From Octopus sinensis (taxonomy: Eukaryota): a DNA stretch of 64,000 bases. Positions 38,166 to 50,000 of this stretch are shown here, one piece after another. The stretch's first letter is position 1. Every line of letters begins with the position of its first letter. Under the pieces are notes generated by a model, which did no database searches, was not told the origin of the DNA, and was given only the letters and a program-made list of their open reading frames with translations. The stretch spans positions 63,426,001 to 63,490,000 of the forward strand of contig NC_043005.1 in NCBI RefSeq assembly GCF_006345805.1, read 5' to 3'. The translations under genes were made by a program, and so were the position numbers.

Positions 38166-38884
38166 AGCAGCAGCAGCTGCAACAATAACAACAACAACAG
38201 TAGGCTCAATTGCCTCATTATTACCCTATCTGACAGAGTATGCTGTATTAGTAGTGTGAAGAGCATCAACTGGAGAATTCATTGTTCTAAATAGAAAAAA
38301 AAATTCTCTGCTAACAGAATGAAAATGGACATAAAGCATCAAAGAGAAAGTGCAGAAGGGCCTAAACCAAACAAGATCACACAACTCCACTGTTAGCTTA
38401 GTTTATCTAGCTGCATTTTGAATTCAAACATTGTTTGAGTGAGCGTTTATCCCTTATCCATCCAGAGTAGATAAAATAAATATCAGTAATATACTGTATT
38501 GATTTATTTAAATATACCAGAACCTCCATGAAAACTGGTGCATTCTTGAAGAAAGAAATCAATAATTATTGATATCTGATTGATACTCTGATAAAACCTC
38601 TCTGTTAAAAAAAGTATGGTGTGGACAATTTTTAAGTAAATTATATAACGCTTTTCTTACATTCCATCCCCCTAAAAAAAGAAAACTGATTTTCTTTTCA
38701 AACTACCTTTAGTTATGGTTGATTGATTCAATTGGCTATTCATTCGTAACAAAATTCCATTTTCATAATCAACTAAAATATCAGCTACATTAGCAGCATC
38801 CAATCACCATCGTCACTGTCATGATCATGATCATTTGCTGCTGTTGTAGATAACTCTTCTGAGCACCCCTGCAGATTCATTTAC

Positions 38885-38928
38885 ATCAGTTGGTTTCCAA
38901 ACATTTCAGGTATTGCAGACATTGCCAT
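38885..38928 (-). CDS. Candidate start-codon exon (exon A, full exon 38885-38970), MAMSAIPEMFGNQL plus AT, ends in phase 2
   Basis: Strong minus acceptor tgtttgttttgctttgttttcttcctcgctttcag; in-frame TAG upstream of the ATG at 38928; donor gtaaat. Confidence 0.4.
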
Positions 38929-39399
38929 TGGTCTCTCACAACTGTTTCCCTATGAAATGTAACCAGTTCTCTGAAAGCGAGGAAGAAAACAAAGCAAAAC
39001 AAACATCTGTACATGTCGAATACTTTATTCAGCAACTTAAAAAGATGAAAGACAAAGATGGCTTTAGCAGGATTCGAATTCTGAGAATCACAACAAATGT
39101 TACAAGGTTTTGTATCCAACACTACAATGATTCTGCCAGTTCATTTCCTTAATGCTGAAACAAGGCACAGTTTTATATATGTGTAACGGGAGTGAATATC
39201 TTCTCTGCACTTTTTGGGTGCAGTTGGTGCAATCACTTTCGGTTGCTTTTAATAATCCAGATTCTACCAGTCAGAAACAACAGGACGCAAACGTAAAAAA
39301 TATATATATCTACTTTATTCTCTTATGACAGTAACAAATAAGTGGTATATCTGGTATCCCTTTGGTATGGATGTGTCAGAGCTGAACTTTATCGCTTGT

Positions 39400-39740
39400 A
39401 AGAGTTGACAATGTTCAAATGCAAACAACACTGCCAAGATGGCGTCCGGAGGGAGAAGATGATGCGGTCTGCAACAAATGCTGGTTAAAAGTCTTTTGGT
39501 AAAGGCTGCTGCTATGATCAAGTCCGGAGAGAGAAAGAATTACACGTCTGTTGCCTTCAGTCGTCGTGTCTCAAGTCAACGCTGACTGCTGCTATCTCTC
39601 TCCGGACCCTTTTAAGGTTCACGCTCCCTTAGCCTAACAAGCCAAACACCACGTCAGCAAATTCCTTCTTCCGGTGGTGAAAGCACCAACCTCGCACGCG
39701 TGAAACAGAAAAGGACGGTGCGCGAGCGCGCACCGTTATA
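39400..39740. promoter_or_regulatory. CpG-rich promoter-like island
   Basis: YY1-like caagatggcg (~39431), ETS-like cttccgg (39668-39674), CRE-like cacgtca, and a 10-bp-arm palindrome acggtgcgcg-ag-cgcgcaccgt (39715-39736). Confidence 0.5.
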
Positions 39741-41828
39741 TAGGATCACTACATATGTATACATACACACACATACACGTAACTGTTGAACAATGAGCAT
39801 GAGTGCTCAACAAAGTATTGGTAGATAAAGAGGCCACCATTGGTGTCATGTTAAAAATATCTTGACAATTATTGAAGCCAATCATATAGAAAATTGTTGA
39901 GGTATTTCTTAACATGAAACCAATGGTAGCCTTAATACACCTATACATGCATACATTCATATAAATATATATAATAGACTTGACAGGGCATATAAGCATG
40001 CAGCTCCATTACACTATTCCTATTTTAGTATATATTTTTCAATGGTATTTGGCATAGCTCCAAGTGCATTCAATACAAGTAGAAAACAGCTCTGATAATT
40101 TTTAAAAAGGCAATTAAACTTGAAATTATTAATGTTGTTTTTATAACAAAAGTGATTTTTGTTTATTTATGTCATGTCTGATAAATAGTGATAAAGCATA
40201 ATGCAGAATTTTATAAAATATGATCGTAATATCTAAACTTTAGCACATGCCTTCTAATTTTGAAGGATATTATAATCAACAAAATAAACTAGTATTTTTG
40301 TTGTTGCAGTGGTTGTTTTCATTGTTGAATCTAAGATCAGCCCTGGTTTAGTGGACTTGCAATCAAAGCCATTTCATCTGCAATTATTCAATTTTTGTTT
40401 AAGGTACTTTTTGATTTTGTGGTACTTTGGGAAGAAAAAATTACTGGTGTCTGTTGCATGAAAAAGTTTTAAAAAAATGTTTTAAAGTTAAAACTTTAGA
40501 GAAAGTAGAAAACCATTTTCATCTTTTGTTGTTTATATGTTTTAGTCATTGAGCTGCAGCCATGCTGGAGCAGTGTCTTGAAGAGTTTTAGTTAAACAGA
40601 TCAACCCCAGTACTTATCTTTTAAGCCTAGTATTTTTTTCTATTGGTCTCCTTTTGCTGAACCAATAAATGATGTAAACACACCGTACATATTTCTCCTT
40701 CCATTTTCAAGTTGATGTGATGTGATCTGAAAGGAGACATAACTGCTGTTTCTTGCAGGTAGAACCACAGCATAGAAGTTCCCTAGTTAGCTTGACTGTT
40801 ACTGATATCGTCAACCCTTGAGGGATGGAAAACAAGGTCAATTGCAGCAGGACTTGACTTTGAACATAAAGAGATGTTATCGTAAACAATATTCACCAAC
40901 ATTGTTCTATTTCTGCCATCGAATGCCCAAGGTATTACTTTAATAGCAAAGGATAGAGAAAAACAAATAAGCTAGCTCTGAACTGTGTGCTTATGTCTGT
41001 CTGGATTCTATATTGAGATCGTTTCATTTCTCATACGAATCAAAATTACAATTCGTTTGTTTGTTGTTCATCCACTTTATCATACAGGCTGAATGGAAAA
41101 AAATTATTCTTGGGAAAGGAATGAAAGTCATATTTTATATTGATAGAATAGAGATGTAAATGAAATGTAATTAAGTAACCGAATCAAACGTTGTTACTGT
41201 ATCAACCATTTAGATAACAATAAATAAATAAATAAAACATAAAACTGATTAAACGAAGTAAAATAAAATCGATATATTTACAACAGACAAAAGAACAAAA
41301 GGTTGAATGTTTTGAGTGAGGGAGCTGCTATGTTTGGCAGCATCAGATCCCAGTATTTGATGGGCAACTATTTTACTGATATGAAGAAGTTTAAAGGCGA
41401 AGTCGATCGCGTGAAAAACGTTAACTTAACTAAAAGGCAATACTAATCTGGACAATACCCTCTTGGCTATCTATTTCAAATACTTAGTATCCATTATTCT
41501 TCGTTATGAATACTGAAATTGTCAAGCAAACTATATCGAATGACACAGCATCACCCTCAATAATTCCACAACGGTGAGAGTGACAGTATATGTCATGGAC
41601 ACTGCTCTTCCTCCAATGAAGAATAAAAGGCATTTACTAAAGTAAGAAATAAACAAAAAGCTATGTGAGATATAAGGCAATGCCCCATTATATAATATAT
41701 AACAATTTCAGGATGTGCCACGCATTCATAGATGAGTGTATGCTCCGAAAAGGAACTATCAGGTAAGAAGCAAAATATTATATATCATTTTACCTGTTTC
41801 ATTTTTAATAACGGAAGGCAAGGTTTAC

Positions 41829-42010
41829 CGGAGGAATATCGTCTCCTTCCATCATCTTCTTGTTCATTAAGTAGTTCAGGCTTCCGGCAGGCGAAGAGAA
41901 AAGATTTCAAGCACAAATGCTATTTACAACTGGTTTATTTACAGGAAAGGTGAAGTATGCTACTCTCAGCTACCATCTTAAGCTCCGATAGTGTGGGCGC
42001 ATTGCGCAGT
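41829..42010 (-). promoter_or_regulatory. Second promoter-like island with candidate first exon encoding MNKKMMEGDDIPP (41829-41867)
   Basis: NRF1-like gcgcattgcgca (41997-42008), ETS-like ccggaag on the minus strand (41881-41887), donor CCG|gtaaac at 41828. Confidence 0.4.
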
Positions 42011-42396
42011 TTTGTCAGCAACAAATTGCAGAACCGTCTATCTTGGACTACGAGAGACTACCGTCATCATAATATCCCTTAATCTACTCTAGAATGATAC
42101 TGGCGAAGTTTGCTCCTGGTGAAATTTGAGCTTAGAATGAAAAAGTATTTTCTGTGATGCTCATCTTTTTCTCTCAATTCAGCATCCTAATGTAGGTATA
42201 AATATTAGTTTCAAATTTTGACACAAGGCCAGAAATTTTGGGGGCGGGGATAAGTCGGTTACCTCAGTCCCAATCCTCAGCTGACACTGAACCCCGAAAG
42301 GATGAAAGGCAATGTCTACCTTGGCGTAATTTGAATTTAGAATGTAAAGGCGGACTAAATGTCCCTAAGCATTTTGTCCAGTATAGTAATGATTCT

Positions 42397-42629
42397 ATTT
42401 TCTTTATTGCCCACAAGGGGCTAAACATAGAGGGGACAAACAAGGACAGACAAAGGGGTTAAGTCGATTACATCGACTCCAGTGCGTAACTGGTACTAAA
42501 TTTATCGACCCCGAAAGGATGAAAGGCAAAGTCGACCTCGGCAGAATTTGGACTCACAACGTAACGGCAGATGAAATATCTGTAAGCATTTCGCCCGGCG
42601 TGCTAATGTTTCTGCCAGCTCGCCGCCTT
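42397..42629 (-). mobile_element. SINE family B, full length, CpG-retaining
   Basis: Reverse complement of ggcggcgagctggcagaaac...cttgtgggcaataaagaaa. Confidence 0.9.
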
Positions 42630-43823
42630 TAATTACTTAAAAATTTTGGCAAAAGACCAGCAATTTCTGTGGAGAGGTTAACTGCTCAACTGATACTTAT
42701 CTTATCGACTTTGAGGACTAAAATAGGTACAAGGTTTCCAATACGGGAGAGGGATATAATCAATTTAATAGCCTCCAGCTCCTGCTTACAAATTATTTTA
42801 TCAACTTTCAGCAGGATAAAAGGCAGTTAGCTCTGGTGCTTTTTCCACACGGAAAACAAAGACACGCAACTACTTACAACAACGAGTTTTGCCCAACACT
42901 TGTCTGTTTCTGCTAAAGCAACGCCTCGATGTAAGTATAAATATTGGTTTCAAAGTTTGGCACAAGACCAGTAGTTTAAGGGAAGAGGGTAATCTATTAC
43001 TTCGACTTCGGTGTTCAATCCCCGAAAGGATAAAAAGCAAAGTCGACCTCGGCAGAATTTGAACTCAGAACGTACAAATTGACGAAATGCTGCTAAGCTT
43101 TGTTACCTAGCATGCTAATGGTTCTATCAACTCGCCACCCTCGTGTAAATATAAATATTAATGTATATTACATCTATAATGTAGATGTTGATAGTCTGTA
43201 AAATTATAATTTCATACACAAAAGTCATCTCAGACATTTAAACATTTGATCCATTTTCTCTTCGTACTTTGATTATTGCTAAGCCACGTGTATGATTACA
43301 GATATTCTTCTTCTCCTTTATTGATAACGTTCATTACAAGTAATAAATGTCAACCACTACAACCAGCCATCGGCTCATATATCTGGTATAACGTGCTGAA
43401 GACGATTCAGTCCAAATTATCAAGATCCAGTGAGATAGTGCTAAACTCAGTGTTGTGATGTTAAACAGATGAGAGATAAATCTCCCGCGTATTATAGGAT
43501 GCTGGACGATTGTAAGTCGTTTTATTCATGATATAAATTAAGCTTAGCGATAAAGGCCATTGAAACGCTTACTAATTCCACAGTTGTGATACTGTTTATA
43601 GAGTTGAACTACCTTGCTTAGAGTCAAATATACTGATTTATTAAAAGTTAGGTGCCTTAACTATGGATACTGTGTAGACAATAAACAGTCAGCCCTTCGA
43701 TATCTTTTTTTAGGTTTTCCAAACTTTTTATACAGGATAGCATTCCACCATGCCCGAGCATGAGTTGCTACACTCGTTGAGCTCATTACTAATGTATAGA
43801 TCGGGGTAAATATTTTATGGAAA

Positions 43824-44219
43824 ACTAGCAGTATCGCCCGGCGTTGCTCGGGTTTGTAAGGGGAATAACTATATAAGCATTTTTAGAGATTTAAAGTATA
43901 ATAGTCATCTCAATATGGCTAACCATAAAGGAGGGGGGGTTACTGTAGCTTTTTACGTTCTGAGATTTAATAAATTTTTAGAGAGTTACTTCCCTTATAT
44001 ATGCCAAAAATGGATTAAAAATGGGAAAAATTGATGGTAAATTTTTTTTTAAATTGTAGACTCATCGTAGACGCGCGCTAATACCCAGAAGGGCTCGATA
44101 TGAATCACGACTATAAGATACCCGGTTTTGGTTAAACTGCACCGCAAAATGTGGGAGTAGTTAGGAATCTAAATCGTAGGAGACAGACAGCACACAACCT
44201 CACTTTTATATATAAAGAT
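43824..44219 (-). mobile_element. Helitron/DINE-like non-autonomous element (third family)
   Basis: actagcagtatcgcccggcgttgctcggg (reverse complement of hairpin plus CTAGT) ... gacagacag ... cttttatatataaagat. Confidence 0.65.
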
Positions 44220-44799
44220 TAGCAGTTTACATTGCAGGTCTCAAGTTTTCCATCTCTTCGTCACTGATGTACCAAGGGAACGGCAAGACTGACACAGCAT
44301 AGCCCGAACGTTATCACAAATATTAACATCAGAATATAAAGAGCTGGAACAGAAACTGCAAAGTGTCCCATTCAAGGCTGTAACAGGTGCACCAATCCAT
44401 TGCACTTGTTGGGTATTTTTTTTATTGACACCTAAAAGACGAACGGCAAACTTGATCTTGATGGGTATGAAATTCGAACTTAGACCGCAGAGAGAAGAAA
44501 CAAAGTGAAGCATTCTATCTGATGCTCTATCACCTCTCCATAGTCACATCTTCAGCAGATCACCAACTTGCAGTTATTCAAATCCTCTTTTCTCAGAAGA
44601 TTTGAAAAAGAAATGAAAATGCTAAGCGATGTTTATTATTTTTCTTTTCCTCTAATTAATAAAGTACCAAAGTTCAGCGAATATCTGTAAATTAATCGAA
44701 GCTCCGGCTTCGGCCGAGGACAGAATATGTTTCAACAGTTCCTTTATATTTAAGAAGGTTACTTACAAGATTTTGTAATTCTGTTTTGTATGTAATTAT

Positions 44800-44800
<1 letters not shown>

Positions 44801-44847
<47 letters not shown>

Positions 44848-44862
44848 CACACACACACACAC
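44801..44862. repeat. (TC)n(AC)n microsatellite
   Basis: Direct inspection. Confidence 0.95.
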
Positions 44863-44864
44863 AG

Positions 44865-45190
44865 AGGCTTTAGCCAAGTTATGGCACACAGCCTCATTCC
44901 CTATTGAAGTTGGCAGCTGCAACTTTCCAGTAAGGTCGGTGTGCTATTTCCTGCAGAAGTTTAATGTGGAACCCAGACATTTGAAGAAATCCACCAAGAA
45001 GATAGGCATGGCAGCTGAAACCAGCTCAAGGGTGACTATGGTCAACAAGAGGTCACAAGTGGAACCCTTCCGCAGGCGAAGACTACTCCAGTTCTTACTG
45101 TCCTACTCAGGCGATGCACATGGGTTAAGTACCGAAATATTTGTGACCCTGAGATGCTTGCTGATGATACGGAAGGGTTTCTGATATGGG
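44865..45190 (+). mobile_element. R2-superfamily (HERO-like) non-LTR retrotransposon 3' fragment
   Basis: FPIEVGSCNFPVRSVCYFLQKFNVEPRHLKKSTKKIGMAAETSSR resembles the PIEVGCRGF...AAExxS C-terminal pattern of restriction-like-endonuclease LINEs. Confidence 0.45.
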
Positions 45191-45373
45191 GATAGATTCA
45201 GAAGAAGAGCTAGTAATACCCCTGAGAGGTTCCTGCGTGGGGTAAAACATCTCTAACGTTTATTTCACCTTTAATTATTACCATGCATTTTTGGAATGGA
45301 TCTCGAAGCACACATACATCTATAAATAATAGCATGTAAGTACTAAGTTGAAAAAACCCTCTCTGGATTAAAA

Positions 45374-45476
45374 AAAATGTCCGGCTGCCTGTGAGACTCG
45401 GACGCGTATCTGCAGAACGCTTGCTATGTCTACAGGAGATGTGAGTTCTAATCCCACAGGCAGCCCCCGACATTTT
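45374..45476. repeat. Inverted repeat formed by two opposed tRNA 3'-half-like arms
   Basis: aaaatgtc/gacatttt and ggctgcctgtg (45383-45393)/cacaggcagcc (45455-45465); T-arm-like gagttctaatccc on plus and gtccgagtctc on minus. Confidence 0.6.
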
Positions 45477-46399
45477 ATACTCAAAAGGAGTTTTTCAATT
45501 CAATATTTATTTACACGCTACTATTTGTGTTTCGAGAGCCATTCCAAAGGAGAACTATTTCATGTTCTGTAAAATGTTTATAAATTCTTATCACGTCAAT
45601 GACTATCTATATTTTGGCAAACTCTACTTGACTTTATCTCCCCGTTCCCTTCTTGCAAGGGTGATGCCATGATACTAATGGAGGACTGAGTCAATTCGAT
45701 TGATGACTATTTTTCGCTAAATATGTGTAAGACTTCTACCCATTAGAAGATAATCAAAATTTATATCTTTTAATGATATTTATGAATGATAAGATTAATC
45801 AGTTAGTCATTACCCAAATTAATAAACCTCGTTATTTAGATGCGATATTTATCACCTCCCATTCGTTCTATCACTTTCATATTCTTAAACCTGGCCTTAA
45901 CTACAGTTAAAAGAACTACGCATTTATAGAACCAACAAATCTTAATTCACAAACGCTAAGACATGTAAATCCAAATACCCAGTATACAGCAATTTAACTG
46001 CGAAAACTTAGTTTCTTTTTCTTTGTTGTTTTATCCATTAGATTATTTGCAAGAAAATATATAAACTAGCCAAGAAACAAATATTTAGGAAAAAAAAGAA
46101 CTACTTAGCGCAGCCCAAATATTCTATAGAAAGAAAAATACAAGATACATACAGAATGCATACGTACGAACATATATGCTAACAGCCACACACACACATA
46201 CATATAATATTTTATATACACACATACATATAATATTTTATATATATATATATATAAATTATATATAAAATGTGTATATAATCTATAATATAAGTTTGTA
46301 TGTGTATATATGTTATATTATATACACCTTTTCATCTCTCTCATAAATACATACATGTGTGTGTAGGTACGTAGGTAGTTATGGATGCATATAAAGATG

Positions 46400-46440
<41 letters not shown>

Positions 46441-47357
46441 TGCATACATGCATACAATTACGTTATGAAAAACGACATTTATCCAAGACGAAAACAGAAT
46501 CCAATATTCAGATATAATTAACTGACACTAAATCAAGTTGTTGAATCAATACCAAGGGAACTGCAAAATCGTTCGAGTCTGATAAAATGATATTTCTTGA
46601 ATAATGTATGACTATAGGGTTGAACCATTCATTATCCAGAAGATATCTAGGAACAAAATAAATTGCTACTTTTTCATAGATGCAAGAGAAGCTTCTACTC
46701 ATTTGGTCAATTACTCAATTAGAAATTTTGTAAAAGAAGTTGAAAGTTGATTGAATTATATTTGTGATATCTTCTGGTTTCGTTCTGCTACTTATTGAGT
46801 TCAAATCTACCGAGGTAGGTATTAAAATGTGTGCCAGTTGTGCACTGCCCTCATTTCGTTTGAATATATCCTTTCTCTTTCACATTAGCGACCTCGTTTA
46901 ACGGCAGTCTCTCGAGGCCAAGAAAGACAGTTCTGGAATTTCATACAGATGATTTGTTTCCAGTGATCAAACATTTGTGTTGCACGTAACTCACTTCTCC
47001 ATCAAATCGACACGACCTGTACAGATACACGGTGTTGTGTGTCACTAGTCAGAAGTGATCGCAGAACAACGTGAGATGAAGTGTTTTGCTCGAAAAAACA
47101 ACGTGCCGCCTTGTCCAAGAATTGTATCCACAATCTCTTGATCGAAAGTGTAACACCTTAAACACTACGCTACCCGTCCTCACAGTAACTCCATACAAAA
47201 TAATAAGTCTATCCTGTAGTTATTTTATATCGGAACGGGTAAATAATACTGCCTCTAATTACTGATTCCAGCAGACAAATCACTGACATCAACGAGACAA
47301 GGAAGCGTGTCTTTCTCTTTTGATTTCTCACCGAAGTTATTGAAGAAAGATATACTT

Positions 47358-47717
47358 CGTGGCTCTATGGTAAGAAGTTTGCTTCTCAGCCACATGGTTC
47401 CGGATTCAATCCCACTGCGTGTCACCTTGAGCATGTGTCTTTTACTATAGCCTTAGGCCGACCAAAGCCTTGTCAGTGGATTTGGTTGACGGAAACTGAA
47501 ACCCGTCGAGTGTGTGTGTGTGTGTCTCCACCATCGCTTGACAACTGATGTTGATGTGTTTACGTCTCAGTAATTTAGCGGTTCGCAAAAGTGACCGATA
47601 GAATAAGTACAAACCTTAAAAACGTAAGTACTGGGTTCGATTTATTCGACTAAACAATTGAAGGCGGTGCCTCAACATGGCTGCAGTCTAATGACTGAAA
47701 CGAGCAAAAGAATAGAA
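47358..47717 (+). mobile_element. SINE family A (diverged subfamily)
   Basis: gtggctctatggtaagaag...ggcggtgcctcaacatggctgcagtc. Confidence 0.8.
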
Positions 47718-48147
47718 TCACATACATACGCACATCCAAACATACACTCACAAAGGCGCGGCAAAAGGAAAGTAGTGAAAAGGCGGGCATCCACGGAGGC
47801 ATTGTGAAAAAGCGCAAAATTTCCTCCTGTTTATTATGCCCAATTGTTAAATTTGTCTTTGCTCTCTGGCTCTAAGAACTCTCGCTATTCTAGGTCACTG
47901 AGCCGGAATATCCTTGCCCAATGTATCAAATAGTAGAATCAAACCCAGAACCACCAGACGTAATTATGAAGAGAAATTCTTGACCGCGTAAGTATGCTTG
48001 TGTCGTTATAACACATAGGGTAACATAGCCGTGTTTTGGGAATGTGGAATCGAGACATATTATAAGATAATTGTTGACGTTGTGTATCCGTAGGGATCTC
48101 TGCTTGAATGGATGTTTTGGACAGCCTCTAGATCTAGCACCCGGTAT

Positions 48148-48360
48148 CTGGCAGAAACGTTAGCACGCCGGGCGAAATGCGTAGCCATATTTCGTCTGTC
48201 GCTACGTTCTGAGTTCAAATTCCGCCGAGGTCGACTTTGCCTTTCATCCTTTCAGGGTCGATTAAATAAGTACCAGTTACGCACTGGGGTCGATATACTC
48301 GACTTAGTCCTTTGTCTGTCCTTGTTTGTCCTCTCTGTGTTTAGCCCCTTGTGGGTAGTA
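48148..48360 (+). mobile_element. SINE family B, CpG-retaining
   Basis: ctggcagaaacgttagcacgccgggcgaaatgcg...gtcgactttgcctttcatcc. Confidence 0.9.
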
Positions 48361-48684
48361 TATAAAATGGGTATAAGTAATTATACAAGACTGAGCGTAT
48401 TTAGTTAGGGATCAAACTACAGCATATGATCAACATTTCATCTATTGCTATCCTGTTCTTACTGTGACACACGAATACTCAGATTAGGGAGTTACAACAT
48501 ATGGTTTTCATTTTGAAGATATGACTTTATTGAATTACCTTATTTACATTTGACGGATGTTAGTCCTCATCTTGTTTGTTGTTAACAACAAACAAGATGA
48601 GGACAAACATCCGTCGAATTTAAATAATATAAATAACGTGCATAATTCCTTATCTCTTAAATATAGAATTATATTTATTGAATT

Positions 48685-48890
48685 GTGGAGGCGCGTGGCT
48701 TAGTAGTTAGGGTGTCAGCATCATGGTCGTAAAATTGTGGTTTCGATTCCTGGACCGGGCGACGCGTTGTGTTCTTGAGCAAAACACTTCATTTCACGTT
48801 GCTCCAGTTCACTCAGCTGACAAAAATGAGTAATGCTGCGATGGACTGGCATCCCGTCCAGCTGGGGAACACATACGCCATAGAAACCTG
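48685..48890 (+). mobile_element. tRNA-derived SINE with V-domain-like segment
   Basis: tgtggaggcgcgtggcttagtagttagg ... ggtttcgattcc head; cgatggactggcatcccgtccag resembles the V-SINE domain. Confidence 0.6.
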
Positions 48891-49703
48891 GCTAGGCTTT
48901 AAAAGGGCACATTTATTGTTTTTTTTATTTATTGAATTATCTAACCTGATTCCTTCTAGAAATAAATCCAATCGGGCTATACACAGCTATATATTTTAAG
49001 AAGTAAGAGGATTAATTAGAAAAAACTAAAACAACGACTAAGGAATAATAACTATTGCATATCATCGACCTTATATGACATGGGTGAAGGTATGTAGCCT
49101 TGTGATCAAGGGATTCAGTTGCTGAACCGGACAATATGATGGGTCTTAGAGAAAGGCTTTTCATTTCAAGTTATTCCGGTCTACTGAACTGTAATGAGCT
49201 CCAGCTAGGTGGTGTTGCACCCCTTCTTCCTCCAGATGTTCCGCTGGGTCAAGGGTGCAGGTGCCGGGAGGGCTTCTATGTCAGCTCGCGACTTCTACGC
49301 AGTTAAAACACGTTTTAGTGAAAACATAGCACATATTACCAAGCAATACTCGTTCGCAAGTGACTGACGACTGACCTTTACTTTACATGGCTCGTAATCA
49401 AAACTAGGATTGGATCCAATGGAAAAATTGAACAAAACAATTCACAGTAATAAGAAAGGCTCTTACCTAGTATAAACAAGTTAATCATTAGATAGATATA
49501 CACTTAATAACTTGCAAGGAAGAAAAATAATTAAAATTCCTATCACAAGCAAACTGAAAACGCTGATCCTATATTGCAAGCAAGTTGCAAGATAGTTGCA
49601 AGTAAGTAGTTTATGAGACTGAAGCTCTGGGGAAGAACAAACACTGGATTTTAAGACAGATCCAAATAAATTTATTAATAATCTATGCATATTACCAGAC
49701 GTA

Positions 49704-50000
49704 GAGGAGTGGCTGCGTGGTATGTAGCTTGCTTACGAACCACATGGCACTTTGGGCAAGTGTCTTCTACTATAGCCTCGGGTCGACCAATGCCTTGTGA
49801 GTGGATTTGGTAGACAGAAACTGAAAGAAGCCCGTCGTATATATGTATATATATATGTATATACGTATGTATGTGTGCGTGTGTATGTGTGTGTGTATGT
49901 TTGCGTATCTGTATTTGTCCCCCCCCCCCCAACATCGCTTGTGTTTACGTCCCCGTAACTTAGCGGCTCGGCAAAAAAAGACCGGTAGAATAAGTACTAG
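49704..50000 (+). mobile_element. SINE family A (internally deleted)
   Basis: Head and body match with short deletions. Confidence 0.8.

Noticed and set aside
37946-38167. Arg-rich protamine-like ORF
   Set aside because: It is a translation of the (GAA/GGA)n tract.
29991-38671. 11-nt micro-exon candidates at 29991-30001 and 38661-38671 (minus strand)
   Set aside because: Splice motifs are good, but inclusion of either shifts the frame of the exon chain. They illustrate the chance rate of such motifs.
39315-39521. ORF resembling a mitochondrial targeting peptide
   Set aside because: It starts at TTG rather than ATG and has no convincing splice donor.
46553-46646. Minus-strand 94-nt exon candidate YLLDNEWFNPIVIHYSRNIILSDSNDFAVPL
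   Set aside because: Good acceptor but weak donor, no partner exons, and no recognisable homology.
47750-47820. E2F-like site (tttgccgcgcc on the minus strand) as a promoter
   Set aside because: A single short motif directly after a SINE tail, with no other support.
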